The notes: a model not told the origin generated them from the sequence alone. 32,000 nt of DNA from Phycisphaera mikurensis NBRC 102666 (GCF_000284115.1 NC_017080.1:2190001-2222000), one strand, 5' to 3'. Shown: positions 7,080-18,509, numbered from the stretch's first letter. Numbers and translations are program-made.

Positions 7080-7490
7080 TCAGCGCGGGCGCTTCGCGGC
7101 GCGGCCGTGCTTCTTCCAGTAGCGGCTGAAGCTCCGCAGGTCGGCGGGCGGCACGGCCTCGTCGACGAACGCGGGCGGGCGGGTTCGCTCCACCTCGATC
7201 GACTCCGCGAGCACCTCCCGCTGCCGGCGCAGGCGCGGGTCGGCCGCGTCGACCGTGCGGACCACGCCGGCCCCGTGTTCGGCCGCGAAGGCCAGCACCT
7301 CCCCGACGACCTCGCCCCGCCGCACCTCCACCCCGGGCATCGCCTCCAGGCACTCGGCCATGAACACCAGCCGCTTGAGCGAGAGGCCGGCGTCGCGGAT
7401 CCACGCCTCGTCGAAGACGAAGACGGCGGGCTCGCCCTTACGGAGCCAGCGCTCCGAGAGCATCGCGTCGTGGACCCACAGCACGCTCAA
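7080..7490 (-). CDS. Stand-alone photolyase/cryptochrome N-terminal alpha/beta-domain-like protein (about 134-136 aa)
   Basis: The start is TTG 7490 (overlapping the upstream TGA 7487-7489) or GTG 7484; an ATG lies at 7463. The sequence LWVHDAMLSERW..PAVFVFDEAWI..SLKRLVFMAECLEAM..VEVRRGEVVGEVLAFAAEHGAGVVRT...LRSFSRYWKK is colinear with the strand/helix pattern of the N-terminal domain of PhrB-type photolyases. The part of the track ORF above 7490 overlaps the upstream gene and is Arg/Pro junk. Confidence 0.6.
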   Translation of the reverse strand: MSVLWVHDAMLSERWLRKGEPAVFVFDEAWIRDAGLSLKRLVFMAECLEAMPGVEVRRGEVVGEVLAFAAEHGAGVVRTVDAADPRLRRQREVLAESIEVERTRPPAFVDEAVPPADLRSFSRYWKKHGRAAKRPR

Positions 7491-8269
7491 GCGAACAGCT
7501 CCGCGGCGAGCTCTTCGGTGGAGCGGTCGAAGGGGTTGCGCTTCCTCCCGCCCCCGCGGGTGGTGGTGCCGTCGAAGACCCCGTTGGAGACGGCCGCCAG
7601 GCCGCCGGCGTTGAACAGGTACGGCTTGCTGCTGAAGGTGCTCGCGACCCACTGCCAGGAGAGGTGGTTGCTGCCCAGGTCGCCGTCGACGAGGTGGGCG
7701 TGCATCCACTCCGCCCCGGCGTGCCAGTGCACCCGACGGAAGTGGACCACGTAGGCGGCGAGCTTCATCCGCTGCTGGTTGTGCAGCCAGCCCGTGTCGT
7801 GGAGCTCGGCGACCCAGGCGTCGACGAAGTCGGTGCCGGTCTCGGCGGCGAGCACGTCCGGCGGCATCTCCGGGGCGTAGTCCTCCTCATCGAGCCCGGT
7901 CTTCCAGCTCCGGAGGCTCTCGTGGACTCGCTCGCCCTCGTGGGCGAGCACCCGCTGGAAGTAGTCGCGCCAGCCCAGCTCGGAGACGAGCTTGTCCGCC
8001 CCGCCGGGGCTCTTGGCGAGCACCGCGTCGCGGACCTCCGCCAGCTCCAGCACGCCGTGGCGGAGGTACATCGACAGCTTCGTGACCTCGCCGCCGATCC
8101 GGTTCCGCGTTCGGGCGTACGGGCCCGGCTTCACCGCCGCGAGCCGCCGCGCCGCCTCGGCCGGATCGCCCCGATGCGGGCTCACGGCGTCGCCGATCGC
8201 CGCGGCGGCGGGGAAGGCCTCGGCGTACGCCGCCACCAGCTCGTCGCGGGATCCGAAGTCGCGGGGCAT
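7487..8269 (-). CDS. Photolyase/cryptochrome FAD-binding (helical) domain protein lacking the N-terminal alpha/beta domain (260 aa)
   Basis: ATG 8269. Motifs are VTKLSMYLRHGVL, SELGWRDYFQRV, TGTDFVDAWVAELHDTGWLHNQQRMKLAAYVV and LVDGDLGSNHLSWQWVAS. These match the FAD_binding_7 core of DNA photolyases. The region upstream of 8269 in the track ORF is low-complexity. Confidence 0.8.
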   Translation of the reverse strand: MPRDFGSRDELVAAYAEAFPAAAAIGDAVSPHRGDPAEAARRLAAVKPGPYARTRNRIGGEVTKLSMYLRHGVLELAEVRDAVLAKSPGGADKLVSELGWRDYFQRVLAHEGERVHESLRSWKTGLDEEDYAPEMPPDVLAAETGTDFVDAWVAELHDTGWLHNQQRMKLAAYVVHFRRVHWHAGAEWMHAHLVDGDLGSNHLSWQWVASTFSSKPYLFNAGGLAAVSNGVFDGTTTRGGGRKRNPFDRSTEELAAELFA

Positions 8270-8423
8270 CACCGGCACGCACCACGCTACGCGGGAGGAC
8301 CCGCCGGGGCCGGGCTTCCGACGCCTCCGGATGCGGGCTCGTCCGGCGTCGTCAGGCGGGAGCCGCACGCCGCCGCCCGGACCGGTGTCGCTCCTCGCGG
8401 GCCGGCTCCGCGGGGCCCGCGCC

Positions 8424-9824
8424 TCACCCCGGAGCGGGAGCGAAGACGAGGCGGCACGCGAAGCGGAGCTTCGAGGCGGCTTCCTCGTCGCCGGGCGGGC
8501 CGTCGATGCGGAAAGGCTCGGCGATCGGCAGCGTCCAGGCGCCGTCCATCCGCAGGCGGGGCCGCCCGTCCTCCGCGACGAAGGCCTCGAGCTGGACGGG
8601 GACCGCGAGCGGGAGCTGGATCCCCTTCATCGTGAAGGTGCCGTGCAGCGTGAGCGGGGTGGGCCTACCGAAGGCGATCCCGCTCCCGTCGGGGGCGTCG
8701 ACGGACTCGATGACGAACGAGGATTCCGGGTGCTCGTCGACCTCCAGCACGCCGCCGTGGATCCAAGCGTCGAGGTCGTCCTCGCCCATGGTCACCGAGG
8801 CCGGGTCCGCCGCGATCCGACCGGTCATCCCGGCGAGGTCGTCGACGGAGTCCAGGGCCAGCGCGCCGGAGACGCCCGCGGCTTCGCCGGCGTAGCCGTC
8901 CAGCGGCGCCGGGAAGGCGAAGGTGACCGCGGGCCCGGCCGCGGGATCCACCACGACCTCCCAGGCGGTGGCCAGCTCCACGCCCGCGGCGTCGGCGGCG
9001 GGCGTGCCCGCGGGACGCTCGGGCAGGCCGAGCCCCATGGCGTCCCAAGCCGCCACCGGGAAGCCGGCCGGCACCGCGTCGAAGCCGTCGCCCCGGGGGG
9101 ACGCCGCCAGCTGCTCCCGCAGCTCCTCGGTCAGCGCCCGGGCAGCCGACGCGAAGGCCGCGCCCAGGCCGTCGCTCCGGGCCGGGCTCTCGAAGTTCGT
9201 CCAGACCGGCTCGTGGCAGTGGAACTGCGAGTACAGCTCGGCGGACACGGCGTAGCCCCGCTCCCCCGCGTAGGGGTAGAAGTTCGCGTACCAGAGCCGG
9301 TCGGCGCGGCCCAGCTCGACGCGATCGGCGAGCGCGAAGCCCTCCACGGCCGCGACGAAGGCCCGGGCATCCGGCGGGGCCGCCACGCGGCCGGCCCCCG
9401 GGCCCGACAGCGGCGTGATCTTCAGCGGGACGGCGATCGTCGCCCGCCCCGCCGCCTGCACCGGGAGGGCCTCCCGCACCAGCGGCGCGTCGCCCTGGGG
9501 CATCGCCCGGGCCGTACGCAGGAAGTTGGTGATGCGGTCGGGCGTCGCGTAGCGGCCCTGGTACACCGACCGCCCGCGCCAGTCCTGGAAGACGAGCAGC
9601 GGGGTGATCTTCACCTCGGCGGGCGCCTCGCCCGTCTCCGCCAGGTCGATCAGCTCGACCGGGACCCCGAGATCCCCGGCGAGCGAGCGGATCTTGGGCA
9701 GGTGATCCTCGCGGAAGGCCGCCTGCAGCGGCGAAGCACCGGAACGCACGAACACGAGCAGACGCTCCGCCGAGGCGGGCAGGCACAGCAGCGCGGCGAG
9801 GAGCGCGGTCAGCAGTCGGGGCAT
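8424..9824 (-). CDS. Secreted multidomain protein with a C-terminal YceI-like domain (466 aa)
   Basis: The signal peptide is MPRLLTALLAALLCLPASA/ERL. The C-terminal approximately 170 aa (VTFAFPAPLDGYAGEAAGVSGALAL...DDLDAWIHGGVLEVDEHPESSFVIESV...LTLHGTFTMKGIQLPLAVPV) follows the YceI beta-barrel pattern. I do not recognise the N-terminal two thirds. Confidence 0.65.
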   Translation of the reverse strand: MPRLLTALLAALLCLPASAERLLVFVRSGASPLQAAFREDHLPKIRSLAGDLGVPVELIDLAETGEAPAEVKITPLLVFQDWRGRSVYQGRYATPDRITNFLRTARAMPQGDAPLVREALPVQAAGRATIAVPLKITPLSGPGAGRVAAPPDARAFVAAVEGFALADRVELGRADRLWYANFYPYAGERGYAVSAELYSQFHCHEPVWTNFESPARSDGLGAAFASAARALTEELREQLAASPRGDGFDAVPAGFPVAAWDAMGLGLPERPAGTPAADAAGVELATAWEVVVDPAAGPAVTFAFPAPLDGYAGEAAGVSGALALDSVDDLAGMTGRIAADPASVTMGEDDLDAWIHGGVLEVDEHPESSFVIESVDAPDGSGIAFGRPTPLTLHGTFTMKGIQLPLAVPVQLEAFVAEDGRPRLRMDGAWTLPIAEPFRIDGPPGDEEAASKLRFACRLVFAPAPG

Positions 9825-9845
9825 GGCGGCTTCCGGGGGCGGCTT

Positions 9846-9891
9846 CCGCGGACCTTCGATCGTTTCCGGCGTTTTCGGCCGCGGTCCGCGG
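9846..9891. repeat. REP-like 46-bp palindromic element, locus B (left arm degenerate: CCGCGGACCTTCG-N20-CCGCGGTCCGCGG)
   Basis: Read directly. The right arm at 9879-9891 is perfect; the left arm matches 10/13. It is intergenic, 22 bp upstream of the ATG (9824) of the minus-strand gene. Confidence 0.75.
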
Positions 9892-9909
9892 CGTCCGACG
9901 GCGCCGGGG

Positions 9910-10533
9910 TCACTGCGCCTCGTAGCCGACGATCCGGACCATGACGTAGATCTTCTTCGCCACCTCCGAGCCGTCCATCTCGGGCTTGATGCCGAAGTCG
10001 GTGCGGTCGATCGTGAAGTCCGACCGCAGCACGAGCAGGTCGCCGCTGCGGTTCTTCGGGCCCCGCTCGGCGGCGCCGTCCTTCTGGATCGTGGCCTCGA
10101 TCGTGTAGGTCTTGTCCACCTCGATGCTCCCGTAGGTCATCGTGCCCTTCACCTCCAGCACGGTGGCGCCGGCGTCGGTGGTGGACACCTGCTCGACCGA
10201 CTCGAAGCTCGCGTCGAAGGTCATGCCCTCGCTGGCGGCGAGCCAGCCGTCGGAGAGCATGTGCTGGGTCATCTGCTCGTTGGTGACCTGCAGCGTGTCG
10301 GCGGCCACGGAGATGGAGCCGGAGAAGCCGCCGGGCGCGTCGGGGTCGAAGCTCACCGTGCCGGTGACGCCCTTGCCGAAGCCCACGAACGGCTCCAGCG
10401 GGGAGTCGTTGATGAAGGCGATGCCGTTGACGCCCTTGGGGTCTTCGAAGTCGTAGCGCACCTCTTCGGCGTCCGCGGCGGACGCGGGCAGGAGGAGCGA
10501 AGCGGCGAGCACGGCGAACAGCGGGCGGATCAT
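9910..10533 (-). CDS. YceI family periplasmic/secreted polyisoprenoid-binding-like protein (207 aa)
   Basis: The signal peptide is MIRPLFAVLAASLLLPASA/AD. The YceI pattern is YDFEDPKGVNGIAF...GTVSFDP...LQVTNEQMTQHMLSDGWL...LEVKGTMTYGSIEVDKTY...DFTIDRTDFGI. Confidence 0.85.
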   Translation of the reverse strand: MIRPLFAVLAASLLLPASAADAEEVRYDFEDPKGVNGIAFINDSPLEPFVGFGKGVTGTVSFDPDAPGGFSGSISVAADTLQVTNEQMTQHMLSDGWLAASEGMTFDASFESVEQVSTTDAGATVLEVKGTMTYGSIEVDKTYTIEATIQKDGAAERGPKNRSGDLLVLRSDFTIDRTDFGIKPEMDGSEVAKKIYVMVRIVGYEAQ

Positions 10534-10619
10534 CGAGAGCCTTGCAAAAGGGAAGAACGTGACGCACCGAGCCTAGCGCATCCTGCGCCACCGGCGGACC
10601 GCCGCTGCGGGATCGACGC

Positions 10620-13517
<2,898 letters not shown>

Positions 13518-13586
13518 GGCGTGGGAGGTTGTGCTTTCGGGCGGGCCCGGGCGGGCCGGGTCCGGCGAGGGTAGGAAAGCCGCGGG

Positions 13587-14447
13587 TCAATCCGCCGCGT
13601 CGGGCGGGCTCAGCGGCTGGAGGCGGAGGCGGAACCGGGCTTCCTCGGCGTTGTAGCCGCCGACACGAACCCAAGCGGTCTCGCCCGCGGGGATCTCCAG
13701 GACCATCGCCTCCCGGCCCGGTTCGCCGCCGAAGTCCGCGTCGCTCCAGGCGTCGCTGTAGCCGCCGAGCGAGGGCAGCGCGAGGGCGTCGCCGGCGGAG
13801 CCGGCCGAGGCGGCCGCGCCCGCGAGGTCCAGGTCCGCGTCCGAAGCGCTGAGCACCGCGTAGAGCCCCGGCGCCGCCTCCAAGCGGAACACGGCGAGGC
13901 CCTCCGGCGGCAGGGTTCCCGCCGCGTCGTTCCCGACCCGCAGCGTGCCCGGCTCGGCGAGGGCACGCATTAGGGCGATGTCCTCCGCGAAGAACGTGTC
14001 CGAGGGCTGCGGTTCGCCGGGGACGAAGGCCGCGGCGAGGTGCAAAGCGGCTCCGCCCGCGTCCGCGTCGTGCGCCTGCACGAGCACCTGGTACGCACCC
14101 GCGGCCACGATCGGCACCCCGACGCGCTCCGTCCAGGCGCCCTCGAGGTCCTGATCGGAGAAGCCGGCCGCGGCTTCGAGGCCCTCGGGGCCGAGCACCC
14201 CGATCACGAGGTCGGCGGCGCCGCCGACCGCCACCTTCAGCTCGCCCGGGCCGGGGGCTTCGAAGCGGTAGCGGGCGGGCCCGGCCTCGGGCAGACGCGC
14301 GTTGACGGATCCGCCGAGCGGGAGCGGCATCGGGCCCGCAACGCCGGCCGGCTCCGCGGGGGTCGGAGCTCCGGAGGCGGGCGCTGCGAGGGCGCCGGGA
14401 GCGGCGGCGAGGAGCAGGACCAGCGGCGTGAGGCGGGCGATGGGCAT
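13587..14447 (-). CDS. Secreted hypothetical protein with two internally repeated beta-sandwich (pre-peptidase C-terminal-like) modules (286 aa)
   Basis: ATG 14447 gives the signal peptide MPIARLTPLVLLLAAAPGALA/AP. The two halves share the pattern ...YRFEAPGPGELKVAV..ADLVIGVLGPEG...GAYQVLVQAH and ...FRLEAAPGLYAVLSASDADLDLAGA...ETAWVRVGGYN..ARFRLRL. The track ORF extension to 15062 is antisense to miaA and is rejected. Confidence 0.5.
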   Translation of the reverse strand: MPIARLTPLVLLLAAAPGALAAPASGAPTPAEPAGVAGPMPLPLGGSVNARLPEAGPARYRFEAPGPGELKVAVGGAADLVIGVLGPEGLEAAAGFSDQDLEGAWTERVGVPIVAAGAYQVLVQAHDADAGGAALHLAAAFVPGEPQPSDTFFAEDIALMRALAEPGTLRVGNDAAGTLPPEGLAVFRLEAAPGLYAVLSASDADLDLAGAAASAGSAGDALALPSLGGYSDAWSDADFGGEPGREAMVLEIPAGETAWVRVGGYNAEEARFRLRLQPLSPPDAAD

Positions 14448-14495
14448 GGGGGCAGTAAAGCAGCACAAGTCATCGGCGCCGTAGCTTCGGCGTTG

Positions 14496-15416
14496 ATGCC
14501 CCCCGTCCGACCCATCGTGCTGCTCGGGCCGACCGCGGGCGGGAAGTCTGCGCTGGCGGTGGAGCTTGCGGAGCGGCTCGGGGGCGAGGTGGTCTCGGCC
14601 GACGCCTTCCAGGTCTACCGCCACCTCGACGCCGGCACCGCGAAGCCGACGGCCAAGGAGCGGGCGCGGGTGCCCCATCACCTCGTGGACGTCGTCGAGC
14701 CGACGCAGCGCTTCACCGTCCGCGACTGGCTGAACCGGGCGGACGCGGAGGTCCAGCGGCTGGTCCCGGCCGGCCGGGTGCCAATCGTCGTCGGCGGGAC
14801 GAACCTCTACGTGCGGGCCCTGCTCGAGGGCCTGATGGAGGGGCCTGACGCCGATCCCGCCTTCCGCGCCTCGCTCGCCGCCGTCCCCGACGCCGAGCTG
14901 CACGCGCGGCTCCGGGAGGTCGACCCCGCCGCCGCGGACCGCATCGCCCCGGCCGACCGGCAGCGGACGGTCCGCGGCCTCGAGGTCTTCCACCTCACCG
15001 GCCGCCCGCTCAGCGGGCACCAGCGGGAGTGGTCCGCCGCGGTGGAGCCGCCCTACCGACACGATCCGGTCCTGCTGGCGCTGCGGTGGGAGGTGCCGGC
15101 CATCAACCGCCGGATCAACGCCCGGGTGAAGGCGATGTTCGAGCGCGGGCTGGTCGAGGAGACGCGGCGGCTGGAGGCCGCGGGCCTGCTGGGGCCGCAG
15201 GCCCGCGAGGCGATCGGCACCAAGCAGGTGCTCGCGGAGCTGGCGAAGCCGAAGCCCGACCTCGACGCCGCGCAGGAGCAGGTGAAGATCAAGACCCGCC
15301 GCTTCGCCAAGCAGCAGCGGACGTGGCTGCGCCGCTTCGCGGGCGTGCGGTGGCTCGCGGGCGATCAGGAGCCGGAGGCTCTGCTGGCGGGAGCGCTGGC
15401 CGCCGCCTCGGGCTGA
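14496..15416 (+). CDS. miaA: tRNA dimethylallyltransferase (306 aa)
   Basis: ATG 14496. P-loop GPTAGGKSALAVELA, then SADAFQVYRHLDAGTAKPT, HHLVDV, VGGTNLYVRALLEG and RRFAKQQRTWLR. Confidence 0.95.
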   Translation: MPPVRPIVLLGPTAGGKSALAVELAERLGGEVVSADAFQVYRHLDAGTAKPTAKERARVPHHLVDVVEPTQRFTVRDWLNRADAEVQRLVPAGRVPIVVGGTNLYVRALLEGLMEGPDADPAFRASLAAVPDAELHARLREVDPAAADRIAPADRQRTVRGLEVFHLTGRPLSGHQREWSAAVEPPYRHDPVLLALRWEVPAINRRINARVKAMFERGLVEETRRLEAAGLLGPQAREAIGTKQVLAELAKPKPDLDAAQEQVKIKTRRFAKQQRTWLRRFAGVRWLAGDQEPEALLAGALAAASG

Positions 15417-15418
15417 AG

Positions 15419-15454
15419 CGCCGGCGTGCTTGGGTGGTCGGGCTCCCGCCGGCG
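15419..15454. terminator. Candidate bidirectional stem-loop between convergent miaA and the deacetylase gene (CGCCGGCG ... CGCCGGCG, 8-bp GC stem, 20-nt loop)
   Basis: Two copies of the self-complementary octamer CGCCGGCG at 15419-15426 and 15447-15454, in the 51-bp gap between stops 15416 (+) and 15468 (-). There is no U-tract. The function is a guess. Confidence 0.3.
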
Positions 15455-15467
15455 GCGGCCTCCGGGT

Positions 15468-16484
15468 TCAGCCCATGTCGGGCGAGCGGAGCGGCAGCGT
15501 GCCGGCTTCGTGGAGCCGCCGCGCGTGCTCGCCCATCGTGAGCACGGTGAAAGCGCGGTCCAGCGAGCGGAACCAGCGGCGGAGCAGGTCGCGCTTCGTG
15601 GCCCCGGTCATGCCCATCGCCGGGAAGAAGGACAGCCGCGGCTCGTCGTCGATGCCCAGGAAATCCAGCGGGTGCAGCAGCACCGACGGCTCCACGCCGC
15701 CGAGCCTGCAGGCGGCAAGCGCCCCCCGCCAGTAGAGGCCCGCCGCCGCGGAACTCTTGCCCGCGAGGTACAGCGCGTAGCTGGGGTGGAAGGGCACGCG
15801 GGCGAAGGGCGCGACCGTGACCGGGATCTCCGGCAGCGGCTCGCGCGGCCCGCCGGGCCCGTCGGGCAGCGCCCACCGGTAGGGCTTCACCGGCCGCCGC
15901 GCGTCCCGCGTGGTGCCGAACAGCCGCGACCGCTCCTCGCGCTGCTCGGCGGTGAGCTTCGCCGTCCGGAAGTAGTACCACCGGGCGACCGGTCCGAGCC
16001 ACGTCGGCAGCGTCGAGGCGTCGAGGCGGTAGCCGCGGTCGCTGAGCACGCCGAGCAGGTCGTTGCTGCACGAGTAGCCCGGTCCGCGGAACAGGGTCGT
16101 CCTCTGCCCGCACGCCGCCTCGATCGCGTCTTCGGCCCGGCCCAGCTCGGCGTGCAGCTCGTCCTCGGCGTAGCGGTGCAGCCACGGCTCGTGCTCGTAG
16201 GAGTGGTTGCCCACCTCGTGCCCCGCGTCGACGAGGCGCCGCATCGCGGCCCGGTTGCGGGGGTCGGCGGCGTCGCGTCCGACGACGAAGAAGGTGATCT
16301 TCCAGCCGAGCTCCGCGAGCAGCGGGAGGCACGCGTCGCACACCGCGTCGAGGTAGGTGTCGAAGCGCTCCCAGCCGGCGTCGCCGTGCGTCTTCTGGTA
16401 CGACCAGAGGTTGTCGAGGTCCAGCGAGACCGAGGCGTGGGGCTTGGGCATGGCGGATCGGTGGGGTCCGGAGAGCGATGGCAT
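15468..16484 (-). CDS. Polysaccharide deacetylase (NodB-homology/CE4-like) family protein (338 aa; alternative ATG at 16451)
   Basis: VSLDLDNLW, ITFFVVGRDA, GHEVGNHSYEHEPW (HxxxH metal motif), LFRGPGYS. ATG 16484 shares its A with the upstream TGA (TGATG). Confidence 0.8.
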   Translation of the reverse strand: MPSLSGPHRSAMPKPHASVSLDLDNLWSYQKTHGDAGWERFDTYLDAVCDACLPLLAELGWKITFFVVGRDAADPRNRAAMRRLVDAGHEVGNHSYEHEPWLHRYAEDELHAELGRAEDAIEAACGQRTTLFRGPGYSCSNDLLGVLSDRGYRLDASTLPTWLGPVARWYYFRTAKLTAEQREERSRLFGTTRDARRPVKPYRWALPDGPGGPREPLPEIPVTVAPFARVPFHPSYALYLAGKSSAAAGLYWRGALAACRLGGVEPSVLLHPLDFLGIDDEPRLSFFPAMGMTGATKRDLLRRWFRSLDRAFTVLTMGEHARRLHEAGTLPLRSPDMG

Positions 16485-17818
16485 CAGGCGAGCAGCCGGC
16501 CGCAGGCCTCGTCGGCCCAGCGGAGCGTGTCGTTGGCGTTGAGCGTCGCGTGCCGGACCTGTGCCGCACCCACCAGCTGCACCCCCGGCAGCGAGGTCTC
16601 CACCGCCGGCACCCGCTCGCCGTGGCCGAGCGTCGGCAGCGGGAAGACCTCCCGCACGCGGCTCACCCGGAAGGCGAGCAGCCGCTGCGGGGTGAAGCTC
16701 GGGTAGACCTCCGCCAGCCCGGCGGCGAAGGCGTCGCGGACGGCGGCGTCGTCCATCCCGAAGAAGGCATCGTCCGCGGGGGCGTAGCGCGGGAGGTAGA
16801 CGAGGCCGCGGCCGCCGAAGCCCGCCTCCGCCTGCGCGTCGACGAAGGCGGACATCTCGACCACGGCGGTGAACGGCAGCGACTCTTCCCCCGCGAGGTA
16901 GGTCAGGTAGTTCCTCCGCTTGGGGTCCAGCGGGCCGTCGAGCACCGCGGCGCCGCAGACGATGCCCTGGAAGGCGATCGAGCGGAGCTTCCGCCTCTCC
17001 TCCTCAAGGAGGTCCGGCAGCAACGCCGCCGAGACCTTCGGCGTCGTCGTCAGCACGACCCGGTCGAAGGGGCCGAGGGTTTCGCCACCGGCGAGCCGGA
17101 CGTCGCGCCGGGCACTGATCCGCTCCACCGCGACGCCCGTCCGAAGCTCCACCCCGAGCGCCTCCAGCGCGCGGGCCGCTCCGGCCATGACCTCCGCGTA
17201 CCCGCCCGCCGGGTGGCCGAACATCTCTTCCTTGATCCCGCTGCGGCGCGCGGCGTACAGCCGCTGGATCGTCGCCCAGATGAACGCGGCCGAGCTCTCC
17301 TGCCACGCGTCGCCGAGCTTCGCCTGCAGCAGCGGACGCCAGAGCTTCTCGAAGAGCGTGACGCCGCCGAGCTTCACGAGCCAGTCGCGGACCGGCAGGT
17401 TCTCCAACCGGTCGCCGTCGGTGACGCGGCTCGCGTAGAGGATCGTGGCCGCCAGCCGGGCCTTCGCGTGCAGCGGGAGCGCCGGGAGCTTCAGGAAGTC
17501 CAGGCCGCTGGTGAGGTCGTGGACCATCGATCCGTCGAAGAAGCCGGTCCGCGTCTTCACCCAGCGGAAAGCGGATCCGCCCGAGCCGGCCCAGGCGCAG
17601 AACGCCCGCGTGTGCGCGTCCGACAGCAGCGTGACGTGGTAGTGGCGGTCCCAGGTCAGCGCCTCCTGCCCGGGGACGCCCACCGTCCACGCGTCCGCGA
17701 GGCCGCCGAGCGCGGAACGGCCCTCCAGGAGCGTGACGTCCCGCCCCGCCTCCGCGAAGCGCCGCGCGCACTGCAGACCGGTGAGCCCGCCCCCGATGAT
17801 CGCGACGCGCTCGCTCAT
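16484..17818 (-). CDS. FAD-dependent oxidoreductase, amine-oxidase/phytoene-desaturase-like superfamily (444 aa)
   Basis: The N-terminal dinucleotide fold is RVAIIGGGLTGLQCARRFAEAGRDVTLLEGRSALGGLA, with a C-terminal Rossmann-return segment. ATG 17818 overlaps the upstream stop (ATGA). Confidence 0.75.
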   Translation of the reverse strand: MSERVAIIGGGLTGLQCARRFAEAGRDVTLLEGRSALGGLADAWTVGVPGQEALTWDRHYHVTLLSDAHTRAFCAWAGSGGSAFRWVKTRTGFFDGSMVHDLTSGLDFLKLPALPLHAKARLAATILYASRVTDGDRLENLPVRDWLVKLGGVTLFEKLWRPLLQAKLGDAWQESSAAFIWATIQRLYAARRSGIKEEMFGHPAGGYAEVMAGAARALEALGVELRTGVAVERISARRDVRLAGGETLGPFDRVVLTTTPKVSAALLPDLLEEERRKLRSIAFQGIVCGAAVLDGPLDPKRRNYLTYLAGEESLPFTAVVEMSAFVDAQAEAGFGGRGLVYLPRYAPADDAFFGMDDAAVRDAFAAGLAEVYPSFTPQRLLAFRVSRVREVFPLPTLGHGERVPAVETSLPGVQLVGAAQVRHATLNANDTLRWADEACGRLLA

Positions 17819-18477
17819 GCCGGCGTATCGACCACTTGGATCTCGCGGATGCGTCCGCCCCTGTTCGTGTAGCGACGGCTACAGGATCCGCAGACGTGCT
17901 CCCCGGCGTGGGACGCGTCCGCCGGGTCGCCGCGGAACAGCGGCGGCCCGCACCGGCAGACCGCACCGACGGGCCGGGCGGGAGAGCCCACGACGAGGTG
18001 GAAGTCCGCGACGTCGCGGGTGACCACCGCCGCCATGCCGATCATCGCGTACCGCCCGATCGCGAGCCCGGGCCCGATCGTGACGCCGGCCCCGGTCGTC
18101 GCGCCCTCGCCCACGGTGGTCTCCAGGGTGTGCGCGTCCGGCTCGCTCCCCCGCAGGGTCAAGCCGTCGGGCTCGCAGGCCCGCGGGAAGCGGTCGTTGG
18201 TGAAGGTGGTCCCCGCCCCGAGCATCACCGCGTCGCCGAGCGTCACGCCGTTGCAGAGGTAGCAGTTCGAGTTGATCTTGCAGCGGTTGCCGATCGTGAC
18301 CCCGTAGGCGATGAGCGTCTTCCCGCCGACGATGCAATCCGCCCCGAGCCTCGTGCCCGGGCCGCGGACGTGCACGTTGTCCCACACGGACGTGCCCGGG
18401 CCGAGGCCAACCCCCTCCTCCACCATCGCGGTGGCGTGGACGCGGGGCGGCTTCGCGCTGGCTCCCGGTCGTTCCAA
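17815..18477 (-). CDS. Left-handed beta-helix N-acetyltransferase, WbpD/WlbB-like (UDP-2-acetamido-3-amino-2,3-dideoxy-glucuronate N-acetyltransferase family), 220 aa from TTG 18477
   Basis: The block VHATAMVEEGVGLGPGTSVWDNVHVRG...IGNRCKINSNCYLCNGVTLGDAVMLGAGTTFTND...GATTGAGVTIGPGLAIGRYAMIGMAAVV is colinear with WbpD as I recall it, including a Cys-containing C-terminal tail (CRCG...CGSC..Y). TTG 18477 sits 8 nt downstream of AGGAGG (18486-18491). Alternative starts are TTG 18513, overlapping the upstream TGA, and ATG 18426. Confidence 0.8.
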   Translation of the reverse strand: MERPGASAKPPRVHATAMVEEGVGLGPGTSVWDNVHVRGPGTRLGADCIVGGKTLIAYGVTIGNRCKINSNCYLCNGVTLGDAVMLGAGTTFTNDRFPRACEPDGLTLRGSEPDAHTLETTVGEGATTGAGVTIGPGLAIGRYAMIGMAAVVTRDVADFHLVVGSPARPVGAVCRCGPPLFRGDPADASHAGEHVCGSCSRRYTNRGGRIREIQVVDTPA

Positions 18478-18509
18478 GCGCCGATCCTCCTGGGCTGCCC
18501 GGTGCGCGC

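Noticed and set aside
6887-7129. The 27-bp repeats as a coding 9-aa repeat: PGCHAPWGV in ORF 6887-7129 (+), or PPKGRGTQA in ORF 6738-6989 (-).
   Set aside because: The third unit is 28 bp, so the repeat peptide changes frame. Both ORFs lack a coding-type GC3 pattern outside the repeat, and they sit between convergent gene ends.
13518-13590. A TTGACC hexamer overlapping the stop at 13587 as a -35 box for acnA.
   Set aside because: There is no acceptable -10 hexamer at 16-18 bp spacing, and promoter consensus for this lineage is unknown. A promoter call is not supportable.
14448-15062. The N-terminal 205-codon extension of ORF 13587-15062.
   Set aside because: It is antisense to the strongly supported miaA. 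The internal ATG 14447 yields a textbook signal peptide.
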